From: an uncultured Anaerolineales bacterium
Lineage (GTDB): Bacteria; Chloroflexota; Anaerolineae; Epilineales; Epilineaceae
Reading direction: 5' to 3'
Assembly: GCA_964549495.1 (NCBI GenBank)
Contig: CAZJWJ010000001.1
Location: 3,020 to 67,019, forward strand
Length of the DNA: 64,000 nucleotides
Below are positions 1 to 7,831 of this stretch, in pieces (the first letter of the stretch is position 1; each line of letters opens with the position of its first letter). The translations under genes were made by a program, and so were the position numbers. The notes beneath the pieces were generated by a model, which had not been told where the DNA came from, did no database searches, and was given only the letters and a program-made list of their open reading frames with translations.

Positions 1-94
1 CGGAGACGGCTGATCTCCAAAGGGCATGCTGGCCGACGGCCGGCGCCCACATCGACGATCTCTCGAGCGCCCGGGTCGGATCCGACCCGGGCGC

Positions 95-1306
95 TCAGAC
101 TGCCGCCAGGCCCCGCTCCAAGTCGGCGATGATGTCCTCGGCCGCCTCGATGCCGCAGGAGAGCCGCACCAGGCCGTCGCCGATGCCCTGGGCTCGGCGC
201 TCCTCGGGATCCAGGCCCCGGTGCGAGGTGAAGGCCGGCGCCGAGACCGTCGTGCCCACGTCGGCCAGACTGGGCGCCATCCGGATCATGCCCAGGCCGC
301 CGACGAAGCGCTCGAAGGCACCGCGCCCCGCGCCCGGACCGTCCTCGGGCAGGTCGAAGGCGATCATGCCGCCGAAGCCGCGCCGCAGGATGCGCCGGGC
401 GATGGCATGGGTCGGGTGGCTGGAGAGGCCCGGATAGTGGACCCGGGCCACCTTGGGATGCGCCTCCAGCCATTCGGCCACCCGGTTTCCGTTCTCGCTG
501 TGGCGGGCCATCCGCAGGTGCAAGGTGCGCAGACCCCGCTGCACCAGCCAGGCCTCCTGCGGTGCCAGGTTGCTGCCCATCGCCCGCATCACGCCGCGGG
601 CGGCCTCGATGTGCTCCGCCGCGCCGGCGGCCAGCCCGGCGATCAGGTCGCCGTGGCCGCCGAAGTACTTGGTGGCGCTGTGCACGACCAGATCGGCGCC
701 CAAGTCCAGGGGCCGGCAATGGTAGGGCGTGGTGAAGGTGCTGTCGACCACCAGCAGCGCGCCGGCCGCGTGGGCGATCTCGGCCAGACGCGGCAGGTCG
801 GCCGCCACCAAGAGCGGGTTGGAGATCGGCTCGGTGTAGAGCAGGCGCGTGCCCTCCGGCAGCCCCTGCTCGATCTGCTCGGCGCGCTGGTGCGACACCT
901 CGATGCCCAGACGGCTCAGGTGCTGGTCGAGCAGCGTGCGGGTGTTGCCGTAGAGCTGGCTGGTGGTCACGATCCGGTCGCCGGCCGAGAGCAGCGAGAG
1001 CAGGACGCTCGAGATGGCGCCCATGCCCGAGGCCGCCGCCATGGCCGCCTCGGCGCCCTCCAGGGGCGCGATGGCCATCTCCAGCGCGCGCACCGTCGGG
1101 TTGGTGGCGCGCGAGTAGGCGTAGATGTCCGGATCGCCCTCGAAGGCGCGGCGCATCGCATCCAGCGTGGGCACGTGGAAGACGGCCGATTGGAAGATGG
1201 GCGGCGAGAGCGGCGGCGTCTCCATGCCCAGGCCGGGCACCTCCGGCCCGGCGCCGCCGTGCACGCAGGCCGCGTCGAAGGACTCGGGTGATCGCGGGTC
1301 GCTCAT
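95..1306 (-). CDS. Cys/Met-metabolism PLP-dependent enzyme (cystathionine gamma-synthase / gamma-lyase / O-acylhomoserine sulfhydrylase family)
   Basis: 403-aa ORF with ATG at 1306. Family motifs YSRATNPT and GFGGMIAF, and the PLP-lysine segment VHSATKYFGGHGD. It lies 10 nt downstream of the preceding co-directional gene. Confidence 0.85.
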   Translation of the reverse strand: MSDPRSPESFDAACVHGGAGPEVPGLGMETPPLSPPIFQSAVFHVPTLDAMRRAFEGDPDIYAYSRATNPTVRALEMAIAPLEGAEAAMAAASGMGAISSVLLSLLSAGDRIVTTSQLYGNTRTLLDQHLSRLGIEVSHQRAEQIEQGLPEGTRLLYTEPISNPLLVAADLPRLAEIAHAAGALLVVDSTFTTPYHCRPLDLGADLVVHSATKYFGGHGDLIAGLAAGAAEHIEAARGVMRAMGSNLAPQEAWLVQRGLRTLHLRMARHSENGNRVAEWLEAHPKVARVHYPGLSSHPTHAIARRILRRGFGGMIAFDLPEDGPGAGRGAFERFVGGLGMIRMAPSLADVGTTVSAPAFTSHRGLDPEERRAQGIGDGLVRLSCGIEAAEDIIADLERGLAAV

Positions 1307-1316
1307 GGCATTCGTC

Positions 1317-2720
1317 CTATAGATCGAAGATCTGGCTGCGCTCGGGGATCTCGACGTGGACCAGGCCGGCCTCGCGCAGGGCGGCCGACAGGCTGTACAT
1401 GGGGCTGGGCTCGCCGTGGACCAGAAAGGTCCGCCGGAGATCGCCCCGCTCGTTCGTGCGCGCCGCCCAGTCCAGCAGTTCCTCGCGGTCGGCGTGGGCG
1501 CTGTAGCCGTTGATCTTCTCGATGCGGGCCTCGATCTCGCGCTCCTCGCCGTAGATCCGCACCGGATTCTGGCCCTCCAGGATGCGCCGGCCCAGGGTGT
1601 GCTCCGCCTGGAAGCCCACGAAGAGGATGATGCTGCCCGCCTCGTCGGCGTGGTTCTTGATGTGGTGCAGGATGCGCCCGCCCTCGCACATGCCCGAGGC
1701 GCTGATGATCACCGCCGGCGCCTCCAAGGTATTGAGCTCCATCGAACGCTCGGCCTCACGGATGTAGGTCAGGTGCCGGTAGCCCAGCGGATCGTGGTCG
1801 TCGTCACGCTGCAGGGTGGCGCGCATCTCCTCGTCGTAGCATTCGGGATGCAGCCGGAAGACCTCGGTGGCATTCACCGCCAGCGGGCTGTCGACGTAGA
1901 CCGCCACCGGCGGCAGATCGCCGGCCTCCCAGAGTTGGTTGAGCCGGTAGACCAACTCCTGGGTCCGGCCCACGGCAAAGCTGGGGATGATCAGCTTGCC
2001 GCCGGAGTCGCAGATGGCCTCGACGTTCTGCCTGAGCTTATCGCGCGCCTCGCCGGAGTCCTCGTGGCTGCGGTCGCCGTAGGTGCTCTCCATGATCAGG
2101 TAGTCGGCGCCATCGGCCACCTCCGGGTCGCGCAGGATGGGCTGGCCCTTGCGGCCGATGTCGCCGCTGAAGACCAGGCGCTCGTGGCGCCCTTCCTCCT
2201 CCAGATCCAGCACGACGCTGGCCGCACCCAGGATGTGGCCGGCGTTGATGAAACGCACCGTCACCCCGGGCAAGGGCGAGAACTCGCGGTCGAAGTCGAC
2301 CGTGCGAAAGGCCCGCAGGGCCTCGACGGCGTCCTGCTGCACGTAGAGCGGCTCGAAGGGCGTCTTGCCCTGCTCGCGGCGGCGGCGGTTGACGTAGCGC
2401 ACGTCGCTCTCCTGGATATGGGCCGAATCCAGGAGCATGTAGGCGCAGAGGTCGCGCGTGGCCGAGGTGCAGTAGATATGACCCCGATAGCCCTGTCGGA
2501 CCAGGGTCGGCAGGTTGCCGCTGTGGTCGATGTGGGCATGCGAGAGGATCACGGCGTCGATGCTGGCGGCATCGAAGGGCAGGTCCCGGTTGCGCGAGAA
2601 GGCTTCCTTGCGCCGGCCCTGGTAGAGCCCGCAGTCCAGCAGGATGCGACGGCCCTGGACCTCCAGCAGATGCATCGATCCCGTGACGGTGCGCGCGGCG
2701 CCCCAGAATTGCAGGTGCAT
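1317..2720 (-). CDS. MBL-fold metallo-hydrolase of the beta-CASP (RNA-metabolising, CPSF/RNase J-like) type
   Basis: 467-aa ORF with ATG at 2720. HxHxDH motif (LSHAHIDHSG) and a C-terminal beta-CASP-type GYSAHADREEL motif. Length is typical of the family. Confidence 0.85.
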   Translation of the reverse strand: MHLQFWGAARTVTGSMHLLEVQGRRILLDCGLYQGRRKEAFSRNRDLPFDAASIDAVILSHAHIDHSGNLPTLVRQGYRGHIYCTSATRDLCAYMLLDSAHIQESDVRYVNRRRREQGKTPFEPLYVQQDAVEALRAFRTVDFDREFSPLPGVTVRFINAGHILGAASVVLDLEEEGRHERLVFSGDIGRKGQPILRDPEVADGADYLIMESTYGDRSHEDSGEARDKLRQNVEAICDSGGKLIIPSFAVGRTQELVYRLNQLWEAGDLPPVAVYVDSPLAVNATEVFRLHPECYDEEMRATLQRDDDHDPLGYRHLTYIREAERSMELNTLEAPAVIISASGMCEGGRILHHIKNHADEAGSIILFVGFQAEHTLGRRILEGQNPVRIYGEEREIEARIEKINGYSAHADREELLDWAARTNERGDLRRTFLVHGEPSPMYSLSAALREAGLVHVEIPERSQIFDL

Positions 2721-2743
2721 GCGGTGATTGCCTTTCGTGATGG

Positions 2744-2772
2744 CTCGGATCCGTGCCGGCCCCGGATCCGAG
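2744..2772. repeat. Perfect 10-bp inverted repeat (CTCGGATCCG n9 CGGATCCGAG) in the divergent intergenic region
   Basis: Read directly: arms 2744-2753 and 2763-2772, with a 9-nt spacer. It sits 24 nt upstream of the beta-CASP gene ATG (minus strand). Function is unknown (5' UTR hairpin or operator). Confidence 0.5.
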
Positions 2773-2972
2773 ATTGTGCCACAGGTCGACGACGCAAGCC
2801 CCCGACGCGGGCCTGGCGCGGCGGTGGAGTCGCTGGATCGTCTAGCCGGGCGCTCGATTTTTCCCAGCCCGCCGACTACAATGCCGCTGCCGGGCGGCGG
2901 ATCCCGCCGGGCGACGCGATCCCAGTCCCGGGCGAGCCCGGATCGCTACGCGGTCGGGCAGATGGAGCGGTG

Positions 2973-3680
2973 ATGAGCGGTCCCGCCTTGTTGGTGGCCA
3001 GCGACGAGCTCGAGCGCAGCCTCTTGACGCTGATCCTGCAGCGCCTGGGGCTCGACGCCCAGCTGGACGCGCAGGTCGATCACGCCCTGGATGCCTGGCC
3101 GGCCGGACCGGGCGAGCTGATCCTCTTGGCCCTCGCCGGCGCCGAGGCCAGCATCGAGGTCGTGCGCCGTTTTCGCGGCCTGGCGGCGGTACCCATCGTG
3201 ACCCTGGTCGACGATCTGGACGAGGCCGGGCACGTGGCCTTGCTCGAAGCAGGCGCGGACCTGGTGCTGGGCCGGCCCTACAGCAGCCGGCTGCTCTTCC
3301 ACCAGCTGGGCGCCTTGCTGCGTCGGGTCGGTGGAATGCCGGCCTTCAGCCTGCCCACGCTCAGCGTCGGCGGGCTGACCTTGGACCCGGCCGGCCGCCT
3401 CGTGCGCGTCAAGGGCGAGAAGGCCAAGCGCCTGACCCAGCTGGAGTTCCGCATGCTCTATACCCTGATGGTCCACCGCGGCCAGGTCCTGCCGGTCGAC
3501 CTCTTGGTCGAACAGGTCTGGGGCTACACCGGCGAGGGCAACCGCGAGCTCGTCCGCAGCCTGCTGGCGCGCCTGCGGGCCAAGATCGAGCCCGATCGCA
3601 GCCAGCCGCGCTACGTTCGCACCATCCCCGGCACCGGCTATACCTTTGGCGGCGACGAGTCGGAATCGATCCTGGAATGA
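2973..3680 (+). CDS. OmpR/PhoB-family winged-helix response regulator with a degenerate (Asp-less) receiver domain
   Basis: ATG at 2973 lies inside the long 1356..3680 ORF, whose upstream part is antisense to the beta-CASP gene. The C-terminal trans_reg_C pattern is present (LTQLEFRMLYTLMVHRGQVL...VRTIPGTGYTF). The receiver-like N-terminus has SDE instead of DDE, ELILLALAG instead of DLVLLDLxLP, and R instead of the conserved Lys. Confidence 0.8.
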   Translation: MSGPALLVASDELERSLLTLILQRLGLDAQLDAQVDHALDAWPAGPGELILLALAGAEASIEVVRRFRGLAAVPIVTLVDDLDEAGHVALLEAGADLVLGRPYSSRLLFHQLGALLRRVGGMPAFSLPTLSVGGLTLDPAGRLVRVKGEKAKRLTQLEFRMLYTLMVHRGQVLPVDLLVEQVWGYTGEGNRELVRSLLARLRAKIEPDRSQPRYVRTIPGTGYTFGGDESESILE

Positions 3681-3827
3681 GCCGCCATGACAAGCCTGTC
3701 ACGCAGGAGAGGAATTCTACCACGCCCTTGCAACGCTTATGTCACGCCAATTGCATCCCGAGTCCCGAAAATGATGCCGCGATCCAAGGTGGATCGCAGC
3801 CGCATCGAATCGCTGGATCTGTGAGGA

Positions 3828-4052
3828 ATGCAGATGACCGTAAAGGACAGCCGCACCGCCGCTCGTTGCCCCGACTGCGACGAGACCATCCGCCCGCGCA
3901 CCACGCCGCGCATCGGGCAGAAGATCACCTGCTCGACCTGCGACGCCGAGCTCGAGGTGGTCGGGATCAACCCGCTCGAGCTGGAGTGGGCCATCGACGA
4001 CGATTGGGACGACGACTTCGACGACGACGATGGGGACTGGGACGACGACTGA
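3828..4052 (+). CDS. LysW-like zinc-ribbon amino-group-carrier-type protein with an extended Asp/aromatic C-terminal tail
   Basis: 74 codons with strong GC3 bias. CPDC ... CSTCDAELEVVGINPLELEWA matches the LysW zinc-ribbon/ELEVVG-PLxLE pattern. The tail is IDDDWDDDFDDDDGDWDDD. GAGGAA at 3822-3827 favours the second ATG (3834) as the real start. Confidence 0.8.
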   Translation: MQMTVKDSRTAARCPDCDETIRPRTTPRIGQKITCSTCDAELEVVGINPLELEWAIDDDWDDDFDDDDGDWDDD

Positions 4053-4110
4053 TCCCGGCTGACCGGATCGATCCGCTCAACCGGTCGACCCCACGAGAAC
4101 CGAATCGACG

Positions 4111-4149
4111 ACGCGGGCTCGTCGCCAAGCCGAGCCCGTGTTGTATTGC
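4111..4149 (+). terminator. Candidate intrinsic terminator/attenuator between the carrier gene and the enzyme genes
   Basis: 11-bp stem (4111-4121 pairs with 4131-4141, one G-U), 9-nt loop, followed by TGTATTG (weak U-tract). Located in the 175-nt gap after the 74-codon gene. Confidence 0.4.
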
Positions 4150-4227
4150 GTCTCCTCGAGCCCGATTCGCTCCGCCGGCGCCTGCTTCGGTCGGCACGAA
4201 CAGCCCCGCCGGCCCGAGAAGGAGGCG

Positions 4228-5673
4228 ATGATGAGCCGCCCGTCCGCCCGATCGGTCGAACCGGGCAGTTTCGAGCCGCAGCTTCACTTCTATCCCCGCG
4301 CGCTCAACGCCCAGCTACACCCCTTGGTGCGAGCCTTCTTGTCCTTGGACAACGCGCGCATCGCGGTGCGCTACGCCCACCTGCACCCGGAGGTCGACCC
4401 GGAGGCCATCGGCCAGGCCCTGGCCGAGCGGCCCAAGCACTTCGTCTGGGGCGGGGCCGACCTCTTCCCGGTGGCCACGGGCCGCGGGCAGCGGCGCATG
4501 GTGGTCATCGAGACCAACAGCTCGCCCTCGGGTCAGAAGTCGATGCCGCTCTACGACGACACCCGGGAGCAGGGCGGCTACGCCCAGCTGGCGGCGAGGA
4601 CCTTCCTGCGCCTCTCGCGCCGGCGGGGCCTACCGGCCGGCGGCCTGGCCGTGCTCTACGACAAGAACGAGATGGAATGCGGCGGCTACGCGGCGGCCAT
4701 CGGCGAGGCGGCCGGCGAGCCGGTCTGGCTGGTGCCGATGCCGGAGGGCACGGAGGATCCGGCGGCCCGATTCGACGGATCGGGCATTCTGGAGGTGCGC
4801 GACGAGAAGGGTGCCTGGCAGCCCATCCGCGCCGCCATGCGCTACGTCACCCAACGGCCCTGGAACCGCATCCCGCCGGTCACGCGCACCGCGCTCTGCA
4901 ACCCGGTCCTGGTCTGCCTGGCGGGCGGCCGCAACAAAGCCCTGGCGGCCAAGGCCTACGACTTTCACAACGCCAGCCTCGAGCCGGCCGGCCTGCGCAT
5001 CCGCACCCCCGAGACCATCTGGGATGTGACGCGCCAAGAGGTTCCCTTGTGGGTGGCGCGCATGGGCGGCCGGGCGGTGGTCAAGGTGCCCTACGCCAAC
5101 GCAGGCCAGGGCATCTACACCATCACCAGCCCCGAGGAGCTGGAGGCCTTCATGCAGTCCTCGGCGCGCTACGATCGCTTCATCGTGCAGGCTCTGGTCG
5201 GTAACTCGGGCTGGAGCTCGCAGAGCGCGGCCGGCAGCCTGTATCACGTCGGCACCCTGCCCGACCGCCGCCTGCGCATCCACGTGGCCGACCTGCGCCT
5301 GATGGTGGGCGCGGACGAGTCGGGCTTCTACCCGCTAGCCCTCTACGCCCGCCGCGCCCGCCGGCCCCTGGCCGAACGCCTCGAGAGCGGCCGCTCCAGC
5401 TGGGACATGCTGGGCACCAACCTCTCCGTGCGCCGGCCGGACGGCAGCTGGGACACCGAGAGCGAGCGCCTCCTCATGGTCGACACCCGCGACTACAACC
5501 GCCTGGGCCTGGGCCTGGACGACCTGATCGAAGCCTATTTGCAGACGGTCCTGGCGGTGACGGCCATCGACCGCATGGCCCAACGCCTGGTCACCCAGCG
5601 TGGCGCCTTCCGCCACAAACTCTTCGCCTCGCTCACGCCCGACCCCGCGCTGGCTTCCGAGATCCTCCGATGA
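4228..5673 (+). CDS. Divergent ATP-grasp-like ligase, apparently with permuted motif order
   Basis: GAAGGAGG at 4218-4225 precedes ATGATG at 4228/4231. The ATP-grasp Lys-strand/Gly loop [16 protein letters not shown] and FIVQALV...ADLRLMV are present. An ExN-type motif, [11 protein letters not shown], lies about 190 residues N-terminal to them. The stop overlaps the next start (ATGA). Confidence 0.6.
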   Translation: MMSRPSARSVEPGSFEPQLHFYPRALNAQLHPLVRAFLSLDNARIAVRYAHLHPEVDPEAIGQALAERPKHFVWGGADLFPVATGRGQRRMVVIETNSSPSGQKSMPLYDDTREQGGYAQLAARTFLRLSRRRGLPAGGLAVLYDKNEMECGGYAAAIGEAAGEPVWLVPMPEGTEDPAARFDGSGILEVRDEKGAWQPIRAAMRYVTQRPWNRIPPVTRTALCNPVLVCLAGGRNKALAAKAYDFHNASLEPAGLRIRTPETIWDVTRQEVPLWVARMGGRAVVKVPYANAGQGIYTITSPEELEAFMQSSARYDRFIVQALVGNSGWSSQSAAGSLYHVGTLPDRRLRIHVADLRLMVGADESGFYPLALYARRARRPLAERLESGRSSWDMLGTNLSVRRPDGSWDTESERLLMVDTRDYNRLGLGLDDLIEAYLQTVLAVTAIDRMAQRLVTQRGAFRHKLFASLTPDPALASEILR

Positions 5674-6794
5674 GCTCCAGCCCGGGATCGCGGGCACCGA
5701 GCGCGTCCGAGATCGCGCCGGCTCGGCGTGTCACGGCCATCGACCTGGCCGGGCCCCGTCCGGGCGCGCGTCAAGACCAGTGGGTCGAGCTGGGTCAGGA
5801 TGGACTCGGCGCGCCCGTCGCATTGCCGGTCGCCGTCCTGCGCGGCCAGAGCGATGGACCGGTCCTGGGCCTGACAGCCGCCCTGCACGGCGACGAGCTC
5901 AACGGCATCGCCGTCCTGCACCGGCTGCTGGCGCGGCTGGATCCGGAGCGCCTGCGCGGCACGATCGCGGCGGTGCTGGTGGCCAACCCACCGGCCTACC
6001 TGGCCGGCACGCGGCGTTACCCGGACCACTTCGACCTCAACCACCTCTTCCCGGGCGATCCGGCCGGCAAGGAGTCCGAGCAGTTCGTCCACCGCCTGCT
6101 CGAGCGGGTGATCGCGCCGGCCGAGATCCTGATCGACCTGCACACCGCCAGCCTCGACCGGGTCAACAGCTACTACGTCCGTGCCGACCTGCAGCGGGCC
6201 GAATCGGCGCGGCTGGCCTGGCGCCAACGGCCGCAGATCCTGCTGCATGCGCCGGCCGGCCCGACCAGCCTGCGCGGCCACGTGGAAGGCTTGGGCCGGC
6301 CGGCGATCACGCTGGAGATCGGCGACCCGCGGGCCTGGCAACCCCGCCTGGTCCAAGCGGCTACGGACGGACTGCTGGCCAACCTGATCGGCTTGGACAT
6401 GGTCGATCCCGACCTCCCCGCCGCGGTCGATGCACTCGAGCGCCTGGCCGCGACGCCCGAGCCGGCCGTCTGCACCCGCTCCAGCTGGATCCGCAGCGAG
6501 CGCGGCGGACTGGCCCGCGTCTATCCCGAACTGGCCCAGCGCCTGGAGTCCGGCCACCTGCTGGCCGAGCTGCGCGACGTCTTCGGCCGGCCGGTCGACC
6601 GCCTGCTGGCCCCCGAGGCCGGCGTCGTCATCGGCCGCGCGCATTCACCTATCCTGCGCTCGGGCGGCCGCGTGATCCATCTGGGGGTCGAGTCGGAGCC
6701 CGGCGAGCTGCCGGTGCTGGAGACGGTGGTCGCCGAGCTGGCGAACGCTGCGGCCACTGCGCCGTCCGACGAACTCGACGACGAGCGGGGCTGA
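5670..6794 (+). CDS. AstE/AspA-family (succinylglutamate desuccinylase/aspartoacylase, M14-like) zinc hydrolase, paralogue 1
   Basis: ATGA overlap with the upstream gene. Zinc-ligand motifs [10 protein letters not shown] and IDLHTAS. About 374 aa, typical for the family. Confidence 0.8.
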   Translation: MSSSPGSRAPSASEIAPARRVTAIDLAGPRPGARQDQWVELGQDGLGAPVALPVAVLRGQSDGPVLGLTAALHGDELNGIAVLHRLLARLDPERLRGTIAAVLVANPPAYLAGTRRYPDHFDLNHLFPGDPAGKESEQFVHRLLERVIAPAEILIDLHTASLDRVNSYYVRADLQRAESARLAWRQRPQILLHAPAGPTSLRGHVEGLGRPAITLEIGDPRAWQPRLVQAATDGLLANLIGLDMVDPDLPAAVDALERLAATPEPAVCTRSSWIRSERGGLARVYPELAQRLESGHLLAELRDVFGRPVDRLLAPEAGVVIGRAHSPILRSGGRVIHLGVESEPGELPVLETVVAELANAAATAPSDELDDERG

Positions 6795-6799
6795 TCGCG

Positions 6800-7831
6800 A
6801 TGCGTCTGATCTTCCTGGTCAACCGGCTCGACGAGCTACAGCCCAAGATGACCACCGCCATGCTGATCGAGGCGGCAGCGCGCGAGGGGCTGGAGCCGCG
6901 GGTCGCGGCGGTCGACGGGCTGTGGCTGGACGCGGATGGGAGCATCTCGGCCAAGACCCACCGACCCTCCGGCCTTCCAGCGGCGCGGGACGACGACGGT
7001 GCGAGGGTGCAATGGCTGATGGCATTGGCCTCGAGCCAGCCGGAAGTTTGGGCACTCGAGCCCGGTGACCGCTTGTGGATTCGGACCAATCCAGCGCGGG
7101 ACGCGGCCCGTGCGGGAAGTCACCGCCTCGCCTTGGACTTGGCCGGCCTGGCCGCGGAGCGCGGCGTTGCGGTGGCCAACGACCCGCGGGGACTGACCCT
7201 GGCGGCCAGCAAACTCTACCTGGCAAGGCTGCCGGAGGCGACGGTGCCGCGGGGGATCGTGGCGGGCGAGGCGGAGCGGCTGCGCGAATTCGTCGCCGCG
7301 GCGGAGGGTCCGGTGGTGCTCAAGCCCCTGGCCGGCACCCGCGGCGCCGGCGTCTTCCGCGTCCAAGCCGGCGAGCCCAATCTGGGCAGCATCCTCGAAT
7401 CGCTGCTGGCCAGCGGGCCGGTGATGGCGCAGGATTGGCTGCCGGGTGCCGAGGAGGGAGATCTGCGCGTGCTCCTGCTCGACGGCCGGACCTTGACCGC
7501 GCCGGGCGGCTGGGCGGCGATCCGGCGCCGACCGGCGGCGGGCGATTTTCGCAGCAACCTGCACGCCGGCGGGCGGGCCGAGCCGGCCGAGCCGACGGCC
7601 GAGCAGCAGGCGACGCTGGCGGCCATCGCGCCGCGTCTGGTCGCCGACGGGCTGCGCCTGGTGGGCGTGGACTTGATCGGCCCGCGGGTGATCGAGCTCA
7701 ACGTCTTCAGCACCGGCGGGCTACGCGACGCCGAGCGCTTTGCCGCTGCCGACTTCAGCCGCATGGTGGTCCGGGGCCTGATCGAGGATCCGGGCTCGAG
7801 CGCAGGACCTTTGGAGGATGCAGAAGCATGA
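6800..7831 (+). CDS. Glutathione-synthetase (GshB)-like ATP-grasp ligase
   Basis: ATG at 6800, 5 nt after the previous stop. The GshB-type N-terminus is MRLIFLVNRLDELQPKMTTAMLIEAAAREG. ATP-grasp motifs are PVVLKPLAGTRGAGV, GDFRSNLHAGG and VIELNVFSTGG. Confidence 0.8.
   Translation: MRLIFLVNRLDELQPKMTTAMLIEAAAREGLEPRVAAVDGLWLDADGSISAKTHRPSGLPAARDDDGARVQWLMALASSQPEVWALEPGDRLWIRTNPARDAARAGSHRLALDLAGLAAERGVAVANDPRGLTLAASKLYLARLPEATVPRGIVAGEAERLREFVAAAEGPVVLKPLAGTRGAGVFRVQAGEPNLGSILESLLASGPVMAQDWLPGAEEGDLRVLLLDGRTLTAPGGWAAIRRRPAAGDFRSNLHAGGRAEPAEPTAEQQATLAAIAPRLVADGLRLVGVDLIGPRVIELNVFSTGGLRDAERFAAADFSRMVVRGLIEDPGSSAGPLEDAEA

Noticed and set aside
26-1291. 421-aa plus-strand ORF covering the PLP-enzyme locus
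   Set aside because: It is antisense to a gene with clear family motifs. It is Arg/Gly/Ala/His-rich with no motif. This is a typical high-GC shadow ORF.
1356-2972. Upstream 539 codons of the 774-aa ORF 1356..3680
   Set aside because: This part is antisense to the beta-CASP gene and has shadow-ORF composition. Only the last 235 codons (from ATG 2973) look like a response regulator.
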